From the NCBI GenBank assembly GCA_044892505.1, contig CM097882.1:465310001-465374000 (forward strand): 64,000 nucleotides of DNA, in the 5' to 3' direction. The position numbers and the translations under genes were made by a program. Numbering within the stretch: position 1 is the stretch's first letter; each line of letters starts with the position of its first letter. Origin of the DNA: Schmidtea nova. Lineage: Eukaryota. Positions 1 through 11,040 of the stretch are shown here, piece by piece. The notes below the pieces were generated by a model. The model saw only the letters and a list, made by a program, of their open reading frames with translations, made no database searches and had not been told where the DNA came from.

Positions 1-995
1 AAGTAATTAATGTAGCTGCATAGTGTGATTCATTTGATAATGGATTTTCATTTTCGACATGCTCTGGTCTAATGAAATTTTAATTGAGGCCAATTAATCA
101 TAATGCTTTTAGTTTTTCCTACTATACGGAATTTCCATTAGCATTGAGTAAGGTGAGGGAGATTTATACTTCTCGCGCTTCATCTGTATTAATGGATAGA
201 TAATTGAGTTGGGGGCTATTTATCTCATGAGCGGTGATCATTTGTCGTTTCCCCTACACACCACCATGTTGGATTACAATGATTTTATCGAACATCATTA
301 GGGAATTTCCTCGCTCTACTCGTCGGGAATTTTCCTATTTTTTCTAAAATATTCTAGTAATTTCGTGATTAGTCGACAAAATACTTACAATTTTCTTCAC
401 AATTGATTCAAGATTTTCGATAAGGATTTATTTCTTTTTGAATGTGTGAACTTTTCACAGTGGATAGCCAACGGTTATAGTTCACCGACAAATTGTTCAC
501 GGCGTTTGGTTCACGACGTTTGATTCACGATATTTGGTTCACTATTGTGTGGAAATACCAATTTCAAGATATCTATTTATTAACGTGTTTATATGCGTGA
601 AGCGAACATAAACGCGAACAAATATGATCTTGTTTAGTTATTTTGAAATGGCTGTATCTTCACAATCATAAGTTATTTTATCCAAATTTATTAAAAGTTT
701 CAGAATTTCTTTCCCTATCTATCCATTTCCAAAAAATCGTACATTTTATTTGACCTTTAATACCATTACTAAAATAGTAAGAATCATATTTGTAAATTTA
801 AGCAAAATTAACGAATGTCCTTAATGTGTTTCTGTAGCATTGACTATTCCTGAAAATATATACTTCCGATTGAAGACGTAAACATTAATATCAATAATTA
901 AATATTTTTAAAGTAATAAATAATTTTAAAAATTAACGCAACAATGCAGAATTTACGTTTTGAAACAACACAAAGAAATGGTAATCTTCCCATAA

Positions 996-2280
996 ATGAG
1001 AACGGATTTGTTACATAAGACAGAGCAGCAAATGATCCAGGAACTGAATATTGGACATGCGAACAGAGAAGAGTTTTCCCCGGGCGTGGTATTAGTCGAA
1101 ATTACAGACTGGAATTTCGTTAAACACGAACACAACCACCTCCAGGATTCTTTAAGAAGTGTGATGCGCCACATGAAATGCACATGTGCCGATTCATTTA
1201 CCACGAACAAGAGATGCTATCAATATACCACTACAATTCCAAGTTACTGGTAACGTAAACCGGCCAGAGCAATTTCTGCTATGGGATTCTGGTCCGGCAA
1301 TTAACGGCGATGAAAGAATTTTGATGTTCGCCACTCAGTCGAATTTGGATTTTCTAACTACTTGTAATGCGATTTTGATGGACGGGACTTTTAAAACAAC
1401 TCCACAGCATTTCCTCCAACTATACGCTATATATGGAACTAGACTGAAGTGTGTTGCTCAAAAGCCTGGGAAGGCAGTTCCTTTAATTTTTTTCTTATTC
1501 CCAAACAAAACCGAGGGAACTTATGATCAGTTTGAGGGAACTTTGATCAGTTAAGTCTACTTCTTCCGGGATGGGCGCCTAACCGTGTCATGCGTGATTT
1601 TTAAATAGCAGCAATCAATGCCTTTCAGACACGATGGCCAAATTTACAGGTGATTTGTTGTTTTTTCGATCTGAATCAAAATATGTGGAAGACGATAAAA
1701 GAACTTGGCTTATGAACTTTTTACGTAACATGTATAGAATGCAACCAAACTCAAAATGATTTCAGCATTGGCCTTCGTTCTACCAGCAGATGGGATCAAC
1801 AGTTGGGATGAGCTTCTATTGATCTTACAACCGTGGATACAGCAACAACCATTAGACATTAAGACACAATTGATGATCTGTTAATGTATTTTGAAGTTAA
1901 TTACATAGGTCAAAATATTGCAGGTGCGAGACGTGCACCCAGAGTTGCTGCAATTGTGATGTGGAATGTCAGAGAACGCGCACTGGAAAATTGTGGCAGA
2001 ACCGACAATGAGATCGAAGGGTTCCACATGAAAGTTGCACAGACAACAAGGGCACAACAACAACTTATGGAAATTCTTCATAGGACTTCAAGGTCTTCAG
2101 GCTGAAACGGAAAATTTAATACAGGAATTAAATGTCGGAGTTGTAGGGAGAAAACAACGACCAGAATACGTTCGACTTTCGGAGAGGATCGCTAATGTTA
2201 CGGCTACATGGCCAAACAGACAAAATTTGGAAACCTTTTTGAACGGAATCAGTCATAACTTTTACTACGGTGGTCACTGA
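996..2280 (+). pseudogene. MULE transposase, frameshifted and with stops
   Basis: HNH motif (FLYWCH-like), ILMDGTFKTTP (first catalytic D), MRDF*IAAINA and ICCFFDLNQ (second D and CxxH region), RTDNEIEGFH (RTNNxxEGWH-like catalytic E), spread over several frames. Confidence 0.85.
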
Positions 2281-2543
2281 AATTTTTTTTCTTCTATAAT
2301 GTTTTTAGTACATTTTTAGACGTTACGTAGTACATTACAACTTCTGTAATACATTTTAACTTTCTTACATTTGCCTTGATTATTAATAATCAATTTTTTT
2401 AAACATTTTTTGTTATTTAAAGTTGTAGTGAAATTTTACAAAGCTCGTAGCATTTATAATTTAGTATACCATTCTACATTTCATTAACAATTGTTTCTTA
2501 AATATGTTGCATATTACGGTTCCAGCATTCTAACGACTTGAGA

Positions 2544-2546
<3 letters not shown>

Positions 2547-2614
<68 letters not shown>
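2547..2614. repeat. (TA)n microsatellite, about 34 units
   Basis: Direct reading of the sequence. Confidence 0.95.
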
Positions 2615-2618
<4 letters not shown>

Positions 2619-3474
2619 AAGTTTTTAATCATTTTAAAGTGATAACAAAAAAAATTCGTGAACCAAAAGTAATGATCCATTTTTGGTCAACCAAATGTCG
2701 TGAACCATTTGTCAGTGGATCTCCTCGAAATATATCTTTTGAGAAATTGATGTTGGGTGGTCTCAAAACTTGTGGATTCGTACGACGAATCTGAATGTCG
2801 TATAAAATTATGGCTGTTTTTAATGTATTTATGGTTTAAGTCGCAATCCTCGTGAGAAAATTGGCATTATTTATTCAGTCTTACACCCCAAAGGGTTCTA
2901 AATTCTCTGTGTGATAAAATATCCTCTCCTTAGGTTTAAAGTATTTTCCTATCTCGTTTATCAATGATCGACTATATCGACAATCTTTCCTATGCGTTAT
3001 TCGTGTGCTACGATTATCGTTGAAAAAAATAAATTGAAATGTTGACGAAAATATTCTCGGTGCAACCACCCCTATCTACTATTATAATCTTATTGAAAAT
3101 TCGTACTTACTCTCACCGCTCTGCATCACTCTCAGAGTCACGAAGGTTGCAGCTTCAACCTCGTGGCTTTCACTATAAATGTTGCATCGATGTTATTTTA
3201 ATTTATGGAACAAAGCATTCTATTCTTCTGGTAAACAATTTAGGAACGTAGGATTAGCATGCATTCATGACTTGCTACCAGGAGATAAATGTGCTGATCT
3301 ACTAGAATAGATGATCTAAAAGAAAATGGTGTGTCGATAAATAATAATATTGTGAGTAAATAGATGTGAGCCCACTTGCCCAAACTCCCTTTCCCCGAAG
3401 CGAGGGCAAGAGACAGATTGTTTATACCTCTCTTTAGATTTTCATTCTAAAAATAGAGTGGAAATCCTTGGTAA

Positions 3475-4185
3475 TGTTGGGCCAACCAAATTGGGCCTGA
3501 AAACAAATAAAGTGTAAATAATAAATATGTAAATGAAATAAATAAAAATGAATTACCATGATCAGAGAGATCTAAAAATAAAATATATTAATAAAGGCAA
3601 GTGTGAATAAAAAGAAACATATATTAACAGTAAATACCTCCGAATTATCATGAGAGCAGGGAAGGTGAGATATCTGAAAATAATTACAATTAAATCACAA
3701 AAAGCATTAATAATAAAAGTGCATAAATTTAATAATTCGTACCTGCAATAACGTATTAAGACCAGGAATGCATAAAGTAAAGAGAAATCAATTAATGGAA
3801 AATAAACAAATTACTTGAAAAGCCAACCCTGCGAATAAGTAAACGAATTTAATAAAATAAATATTTGATAAATATACTTGCTAAACGGAAAGGGAAGCTC
3901 GAGCTCTGAAAATAGAAATATATGAAATGTAAATAAATTGGTAAATTAAATAAATAATGATACATTAGCAAACAAATAGATACTAGCGTTGAAATCAGTT
4001 AAAAACGGTAAGCGGTAATATTCATCTTTTACCAACAATCACTATTGTCAGGTATCATTACACTTGTAGGACTTGTGATTGAATCATTGATTGAATATTG
4101 TGAAATCTATCGTAGAACTCAATAAAAGGTATTTATTGGTTATAATTGTTATGTTTTGATTATATTATTATTCGGTTAACCCCTC
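3475..4185 (+). repeat. LTR-like repeat (TGTTGGGCCAA...AACCCCTCA family)
   Basis: Starts TGTTGGGCCAA as at 43545; A-rich body; AATAAAAGGTA..TTGGTTATA near the end is shared with 44041-44068; ends AACCCCTCA like the other copies. No adjacent PBS seen. Confidence 0.5.
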
Positions 4186-4682
4186 ATTTTTTGTTAAATT
4201 CGATAAGAGCACGTCCTAATGGTCCCGTGAACTAATGGGCGAAATTTGGCCTCTCGTTCCGACTCATTTTTGGAAGTTGGGCGATGTGGCGACCCAGCGC
4301 TAAATACAGGGATATTGTCGATGTACCTGTAAATACCCTATTTATTTACATTGGTAATGTACATGACAAGCAAATGTGAACCGACAGTTGAGCTCCTTTA
4401 CAAGAACTACTCTCGATCCATCATTCTCACGGGTTCCTTAAGACCAATTGAAGGCCATGTTTTATTTCCCATTCTCACGCTGTGCAGGTCTCTCATTTAG
4501 GGCGTTTCGTTTAAATTTACTATACTTAATGATCAACTTGAACTTAACTCGTCAAGACAGTGTATCTTTGTACTCTTAGATGTCATTACTAAACCTAACA
4601 AAACAAAACAACTTTTTAACCCAATTCAATACATATATTTAATCACTCCTCATAACAAAATTCAGAATTTAGCGTAAAACAA

Positions 4683-5120
4683 TCACGTATTCGTAAAATT
4701 GTCTTTACGGCGTATCTCAACTTCTCGTCGCTCCTTCATCCTTCGTCGACGTTGCGCATGGGTACGACGACGCTTTTTCCCTGATTTACCTGAATCATCT
4801 ATGGTTTCGTTGTTTCCTTCAGTGTGTATGGCGGTTGGAAACCATTCTTTTAAAGTCATCGGTCGTATTTGATCTCTCAGGTTATTGGCCACAAACCGCT
4901 GAGTTATCAGATTTTTGCAATTTCTCATCTCTATCTTGGACCCCTTGATCTCTACTTGTAATTCTACAATAGCCTTGTTGGCTCGGAGTAATTTGTCTTG
5001 AACCTTTTTCATAGCGGCTGGACTAAAATATTTGTTCTCCAATTCCAATATCCGGCGCTTTAATCGTACTACGATCTCTTCATTTTGTTCCATACTGTAT
5101 ATGGTCGAAATGTGTACCAA
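4683..5120 (-). CDS. Coiled-coil protein with Arg-rich C-terminus (family member 1; likely ATG at 5093)
   Basis: Intact ORF; 19/66 identities in an ungapped by-eye alignment to ORF 45904-46461; closer degraded paralog at 41682-42087. Confidence 0.65.
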   Translation of the reverse strand: MVHISTIYSMEQNEEIVVRLKRRILELENKYFSPAAMKKVQDKLLRANKAIVELQVEIKGSKIEMRNCKNLITQRFVANNLRDQIRPMTLKEWFPTAIHTEGNNETIDDSGKSGKKRRRTHAQRRRRMKERREVEIRRKDNFTNT

Positions 5121-5531
5121 TCTGTCAAATTACATACCTATTAAAATATAACCTAGCGTCTCTCGGTTTTCTCGTTATAATTCCATTATTAGTAAATTTT
5201 TATTTAGTGAGGTAGTCATTAGAAAAACCGACTAGGAAATACTACTTGCATCTCTATCACGAGACATTTATATTCTCTGGTTATGGGTCGGTAGATTAAT
5301 ATCCATTACTGTTAGGCCTCAGATTGCCTAAAGTAACAAATTTTAAATCTGGGTCCTCGAAAAAATTTATGACTGAATAACACCCTGCCTAGCCGGCTCG
5401 TGCGTTATCAACGATGCCTCATTAGTATTCAAAAAACAACAAAAAAATCTACTACAAAAGCTCCATTCGACCATAACGGCTGAATTAGTTATTTTACTAA
5501 GATTATTTTAGTTACATTTATTTTATACGGA

Positions 5532-6703
5532 TGTTGAGGTTCCAAATATTTGCTATTTGCAATCTCAACTTGTTATTGGGGTGATTCGTATATAAATATC
5601 AAAAACAAAGTTTGTTTCAAAATTTTATTAATACAATAAAATTACTTTTTATTCCGTTTACAATTAATCACTCAAATTCTTTATTACACAATTTTTTTAA
5701 AAGAAAAAGTCGTGTCAAATCAATTCTTGTAATTGAACCTATTGGGTGACTGCTATGTAGTGCGTGCTATATTTTATTTGTGGATCCAATGTTTCTGATC
5801 CGGGTTTTAATAAGTTTTTCAAGATTTCCTTGAAAACTCGATATTGCGCAGATTTTAATTCTTTAGTTTAAAATTCGATTTTTAAAGCTATGAAATTTTT
5901 GGGCCTTTTTTCTGATTTTTCCATCAGCTTATATAGTAAATTTTTTATCTTTTTAACCATCATATAATTATATTTATTAAAATATTTATATTTCAATCGG
6001 TCTTTTTAACCATCATATAATTGTATTTATTAAAATATTTATATTTCAATCGGTATTTTTAACCGGATTTTGTTTATTTTATCTGGCTCAATATCTAGAA
6101 TAATATCTAGAATTTACATCTAGTCGTTTTACAATTTGCCGTTATCTAAAATTATTATTTTTTTATTAAATATATATCTAAAATTTATTATCTACACTTT
6201 GCCCTTTTTAATATATTATTATCTAAAATTATTATTTTTTTATTAAATAAAATTTTATTATCTACAATTTGCCCTTTTTAATATATTATTACTTCACATC
6301 TCATGCACTGTCATATTTTTTATTTATACAGATATATTACCTTATAGATTTTTACACAAATATATATATAAAATTCAAATGATAATATAAGGAATAATTA
6401 TGAAATTCAAGTACAGAATAATTATATACACTTCAAATACAGAATAATGACACTCATATACAAAATTTAAAAGTATATTAAATAATAAAGTTGTGATCAC
6501 ATAAACATAGTCATATAGTGATTATTTGAGGCTTTGTTGGCTTTGATTGAAGAAGGGTGATTTTTTGAGGCGATTGAAGATGGAGTCTGCATTATTTTCG
6601 GACTGGGTTTCTGCATATATATTAACCCTGTATCGATTAGGCCCTGTCCTGTAATATTTGTTCAGGGTAAATGCTTGGATGGGCTTCCCTCGATCATCCA
6701 ACA
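5532..6703 (-). repeat. 3' LTR (1172 bp, carries a 53-bp tandem duplication at 5950-6055)
   Basis: Direct repeat of 17580-18700 with about 5 substitutions, the 53-bp duplication and a 2-bp (TA) length difference. Confidence 0.97.
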
Positions 6704-8513
6704 TTCCTCCCAGGGCCGTCAAAGTAATGTCCTCATTACCTTTTTCGCTCAGGACCATTTCAATTTCTTTATCCTTTAATTTCATTACTGTTCTCTTGAA
6801 TCCTTTCTTGATTGTAAGATTTAGGGTATCATCTTCCTCAATTCGTCTTCCGAAATGGGTACATAATTGTTTTTCCGTTATCTCTTTTTGGTCGGCACCT
6901 ATAATGAAGCTAGGTTCTTCCTCCTCTTCTATTTCCATTTCAATGTCTGGTTCTGGTCCTAATTCGTCTTCTGCTTTTATTTTACTCTCCATTCCTTTTG
7001 TGAAGTCTTCTTCGTCGTCTTCCTCAACTGAAAAATACTCTTCGTCCGAATCTAAATCGCATATGTCTTCTCTTTCTTTGTATTTTTGTATTAGTTGCGG
7101 TTCGTTTTTAATCATTATTTGATTTTCTGGTGGTCCTTCTTCTTTTGTAATCATTAGGTCGTCATCACCATCTTCATGTATTGTTTCTTCCATATCTGAA
7201 TTTTCATCCATTATTATACTTTCTTCTTCGCTTTCCTTCAACTCTTCCATACATGATTTTCTGTTTTGCATCTGGTATAGGTCTCCTTTCATTTCGATAT
7301 CGTCTGTTATTGGTGTATCACTTTGTAACGCTGTTGAAGCTGCTGAATTCCATTTTATTATCGGTTCCCATTTGTCTTCTACTATTCCATATATTACCTT
7401 TAATATTGTTGTTGTCTTTCTGGCAGAAAATGGCTCACTTTCTACTAATGCTTCATTCAGTCTCTTATCTTTGAACCATCTCTTATGGTATTTAATCACT
7501 TGGTAAGCTAAGTTGGATAGCTTAATTTTGAGTGGATCCACGTTTTTCACGAATGAGCACATAAATTTATCTCCGGCCATTTCTCTCATTCCTGCAATGT
7601 TGTCTAGACCAAATGTTAGCATTTTTAATTTATCTATCATATCAAATCCTATGATTATTTTTCCCCACAACAGCTTTCTGATATCCCATAGCGCCTGGTA
7701 CTCATCTTCATTTCCGACGATACTTTCTTTATTAATCATTGTTTTTTCTGTGCAGAAGTTTTTTATCTTCGTTCTTGGGGTTATCTTTTTGTTGTATATC
7801 ATTTCACCGTTGTACTTTCTTATACATACTTCTACTGGTCGCTTGTTGTCATTTTTATCAATTGCAAATTTTGCATCCATGAACATAATTAGTTGGTGTC
7901 TCTCTTCTGTGGATAATTCATTGTGTGTGAAAGAGATTTTTTCATTTATCCAGCTTTGCTCGTACCAAGGTTTTGAAGGGATTGGCGGCATTGATTGGAA
8001 TGGATTTGATATCAGAGGGATATAGAGTATCTCGATTCCTATGACACACGGTAAGTTGTTCATTTGGATTATGAGGTGATTAAAATCGTCTGGCATACTT
8101 CTGTTGTTTGTAATTGTTTTGATGATGATTGAACAATTACTTGTTGTGATTATTGGTACTTTATGTTGGCAAATTGATACCTCGGTTTTTGTCATGTGGA
8201 ATAGGATTCTATGTGGTACCTTTTTTCCTTCGATTACCGCTTTGTCGACATTAAAATGTTTTTCAAATGTGCCGATTAGGTCTTTTAGTTTTGTTCGTCG
8301 AGCTTCATTAAATTTGATAATGTGTAGTTCTCTTTCTTCAATTTCCACTTTCATATCATTTGGGATGCATACTTGGTTTGGGAAGCTTCTGATTGTGATT
8401 GGATTTCCATCGGTACATATTTTGTTTTGTAGGGTTTTGTAAAAGTTTAGAGGGTGTTTGTTGATCATAGCCACATAGTTCATAGATCGAGAATAATTTG
8501 GCTCTGATTGCAT
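6522..8513 (-). CDS. ORF3: unknown N-terminal region, degenerate DEDDh (REX4/ISG20-like) exonuclease domain, acidic tail; ends inside the 3' LTR
   Basis: IMFMDAKF / PVEVCIRKYNGEMIYNKKITPRTKIKNFCTEKTMI / RKLLWGKIIIGFDM / KLSNLAYQVI / FSARKTTTILKVIY follow the spacing of REX4-type motifs. Start taken as MQSEP (8513); the frame is open to 9017. Confidence 0.75.
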   Translation of the reverse strand: MQSEPNYSRSMNYVAMINKHPLNFYKTLQNKICTDGNPITIRSFPNQVCIPNDMKVEIEERELHIIKFNEARRTKLKDLIGTFEKHFNVDKAVIEGKKVPHRILFHMTKTEVSICQHKVPIITTSNCSIIIKTITNNRSMPDDFNHLIIQMNNLPCVIGIEILYIPLISNPFQSMPPIPSKPWYEQSWINEKISFTHNELSTEERHQLIMFMDAKFAIDKNDNKRPVEVCIRKYNGEMIYNKKITPRTKIKNFCTEKTMINKESIVGNEDEYQALWDIRKLLWGKIIIGFDMIDKLKMLTFGLDNIAGMREMAGDKFMCSFVKNVDPLKIKLSNLAYQVIKYHKRWFKDKRLNEALVESEPFSARKTTTILKVIYGIVEDKWEPIIKWNSAASTALQSDTPITDDIEMKGDLYQMQNRKSCMEELKESEEESIIMDENSDMEETIHEDGDDDLMITKEEGPPENQIMIKNEPQLIQKYKEREDICDLDSDEEYFSVEEDDEEDFTKGMESKIKAEDELGPEPDIEMEIEEEEEPSFIIGADQKEITEKQLCTHFGRRIEEDDTLNLTIKKGFKRTVMKLKDKEIEMVLSEKGNEDITLTALGGMLDDRGKPIQAFTLNKYYRTGPNRYRVNIYAETQSENNADSIFNRLKKSPFFNQSQQSLK
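6704..6711 (-). promoter_or_regulatory. Polypurine tract GGGAGGAA
   Basis: Purine run immediately 5' of the 3' LTR on the minus strand; short. Confidence 0.7.
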
Positions 8514-8529
8514 TGTTAATTGAAGACAC

Positions 8530-8669
8530 AAGAATCGGGATATTGATTGATAAGTTAGTAAACAATAAAACACTAAGAATCGGGATATTGATTGATAAGT
8601 TAGCAAACAATAAAACACTAAGAATCGGGATATTGATTGATAAGTTAGTAAACGATAAAACACTAAGAA
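8530..8669. repeat. 45-bp tandem repeat, 3 copies
   Basis: Unit AAGAATCGGGATATTGATTGATAAGTTAGTAAACAATAAAACACT with 1-2 substitutions, just upstream of the ORF3 ATG. Confidence 0.9.
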
Positions 8670-8949
8670 TATAGATTGATAATGAGATCGAGATATGATT
8701 TTACGACTTGATTTGTGATTGGATTGAAAATTGGAACGATTTGATTGGGAGTTGGTTTGATTGTTTTGATTGTGCTGAGGATTTGATGTAAAACTGGCTT
8801 TATTGGGTTGTTTGTCAAATGGGTGACTTGTTTTTCTAAAAATAAAATGTAAATTTTTATGTTGAGAGCGTATTTCAGGTTTAACCTTATACGCTATTTT
8901 ATAGATATAGATATATGTGATTTTAATATATATTATTGACCAATTTAAC

Positions 8950-9975
8950 TTATACCAATGTGGACCTCGAATATTCACCTGGTATATATTTATCCAAATG
9001 GAAATGCCCTGGTACATTTCTGACCAGTTGGCTCCGATACCGCTGCCTTTTCCATTTGTACTTTTTATAAATTTGTACGCTAGTTATTAAAGCTAAAACT
9101 GCTAATGCTATTATTGATGTTGTGATGACATAAAAAGGCCAATGTGGATTTTTATCTTTTTTACGAAATGCTTGTAGTTCCTCTAAGTTATGTATCACTA
9201 TTGGTCTTCCTTGCCTTATTTTGATAGGTTCTTGTTTTTGTTTTTTGGCATTGTATTGTTTTTGGAGTTTGGCTATTCCAGTGCTTGTTGGTATTTCGTT
9301 TGTATGTAGTGTGGTATTTAGTCTATTATTTGATGTCGTTGTGCTTTTTATTTTATCGGGTGTTATGTTTTGGTTTTTTATTATATCCTTGGGTAATTGT
9401 TCTGTTTTTATCTTTTTGCATCTCCATGTTGTTGTATCTGTGTTTCTCTGTATGCAGATTCTATATATTGTATTAGGTGTTAGTTTTGTGAAATTAATAT
9501 AGTTTCCTCTTTCGATTTCGTTGGTTGTTCTGTCGTCCTTTCCTTTTATCATCTTTGGGTTTTTCCCATTCGTTGTTTGCATGTATAAATCAATTACTCC
9601 TCTATTTATGATAAATGCTCTAACTTCGTTTGTTGATATTTTTATTAATACTCTGTCAAATTCTATTGTTTCGGTTGAGCCAACAATTGTTATGATTGTT
9701 AAGAAGATAGCCGATATTATTAGTTTGTTATGAGATCTTAGATTATACTTGTGAGGTTTATCTATCGTGACCTCGGCTTCCGCCAACTTGCATCTGTTGA
9801 CATGTACTACTATTGGATCCTCGTTTTTATGCTTTTGTAAATGTAAATTCTCATTTATTACTTTTACTACTTCATATGGACCTTTATATGGTCTTGCTAA
9901 TTTTGTTGTCTTTCCCTTTCCTACTTGTGGTGACATAAGTCTAACCTTATCACCTACTTTAAAGTTGTGTGGTTT
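8950..9975 (-). CDS. Integrase C-terminus (GPY) fused in frame to signal peptide, FN3-like ectodomain, Thr-rich stalk, TM helix and basic tail
   Basis: FKVGDKV..RPYKGPYEV, YNLRS, hydrophobic LIISAIFLTIITIVGS, YINFTKLTPNTIYRICIQ, TM WPFYVITTSIIALAVLALITSVQIY, KKYKWKRQR, all in one frame. Confidence 0.75.
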   Translation of the reverse strand, partial: KPHNFKVGDKVRLMSPQVGKGKTTKLARPYKGPYEVVKVINENLHLQKHKNEDPIVVHVNRCKLAEAEVTIDKPHKYNLRSHNKLIISAIFLTIITIVGSTETIEFDRVLIKISTNEVRAFIINRGVIDLYMQTTNGKNPKMIKGKDDRTTNEIERGNYINFTKLTPNTIYRICIQRNTDTTTWRCKKIKTEQLPKDIIKNQNITPDKIKSTTTSNNRLNTTLHTNEIPTSTGIAKLQKQYNAKKQKQEPIKIRQGRPIVIHNLEELQAFRKKDKNPHWPFYVITTSIIALAVLALITSVQIYKKYKWKRQRYRSQLVRNVPGHFHLDKYIPGEYSRSTLV

Positions 9976-11040
9976 TTTGTACCTGTATTTTTTCTTGTTG
10001 CACATATTGTACACGCGTTACACCATCTCTTAACATCTTTCTTTAATTCTTCCCAGTAATATTTTTGTAATAATCTACTTGCTGTCTTTCTAGATGATAA
10101 GTGACCTCCTAATGCTCCATCGTGATATTGTAGTAGGAGTATTTGTCTTAATTTCTGAGGTACTACTATTAGTTGCTTACCATTGAAATCTTCTATTACT
10201 ACTAATTTCTTTGATATTTTATACTTTGAATTGTTTTCTTTTCTGATTTCATTTTTTATTTTACTGATCTCTGGGTCTTTCATCTGTTCCTCATATATAT
10301 TGATTGGTTTTTCTGCTACTAGTGCAAATATTTCAAGTGCTCCTAATTCTGGTATTCTTGATAGTGCATCTGCGTTTTTATTTATTCTACCTGGTTTATA
10401 TATAATTTTTAGGTGCATGTCTTGTATTTTCATTGCCCATTTAAGTAATCTACTTGATGTATCTTTATGTTTCCATAAACCTTCTAATGGTTTATGGTCA
10501 GTTCTTATTATCACTTCAGTCCCATATATGTATGGTTTGAATTGTTTTAGGGCGAATACTATTGCGTAACATTCTTTTTCTATTGTTGAATACCTCAGCT
10601 GTGCTCCTTTTAATGTTTTACTGGCATATGCTATTACGTAATCTTTCCCTTTTTCTTCTTCTTGGCCTAAGACTGCTCCTACGGCTTTCCCGCTGGCATC
10701 CGTCATTACTATAAACTGTTTTTCGAAATCTGGGTATCTTAACACGGGTGCTGTTATCAATCTTTCTTTTAGTTTATTGAATGCTTCTTGGTGTTCCTTT
10801 GTCCACTTCTTTTGTATCTTGTTAACTTTGCTGTTAATTTCTTGTACTATTAGCACATTTTTGCATTCTCCTTTTGTTCTAATTCCCTTTGTTAGTTCTA
10901 TTATCGGTGATGCTATCTTTGCATAATCTTGTATGAGTTTACGATAGTACCCTGTTAGACCTAAAAACCCCTGTACTTGTTGTACTGTTTTTGGTATTGG
11001 GAATTTCTTTACCACTTCTATTTTTTCTGGATTTGTTTTA
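9954..11040 (-). pseudogene. pol: Pol segment: RT connection, RNase H, integrase HHCC zinc finger (integrase core deleted)
   Basis: FLGLTGYYRK, VMTDASGKAVGAVL, YSTIEKECYAI, RTDHKPL, NKNADALSR, YHD..GGHLS..KYYW..CNACTIC, then an out-of-frame jump straight to the GPY region. Confidence 0.93.

Larger units (their letters stand above)
476..2726 (+). mobile_element. Degenerate MULE/Mutator DNA transposon
   Basis: Imperfect terminal inverted repeats (left TCACCGACAAATTGTTCACG at about 480-500; right reads CCACTGACAAATGGTTCACG on the minus strand near 2700-2720) with subterminal TTGGTTCACGA repeats, enclosing transposase remnants. Exact termini uncertain. Confidence 0.75.

Noticed and set aside
8514-9017. 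N-terminal 167 aa of the 831-aa ORF as real protein
   Set aside because: No ATG start at 9017, low-complexity and repeat-derived translation, and overlap with the preceding ORF; MQSEP is preferred as start.
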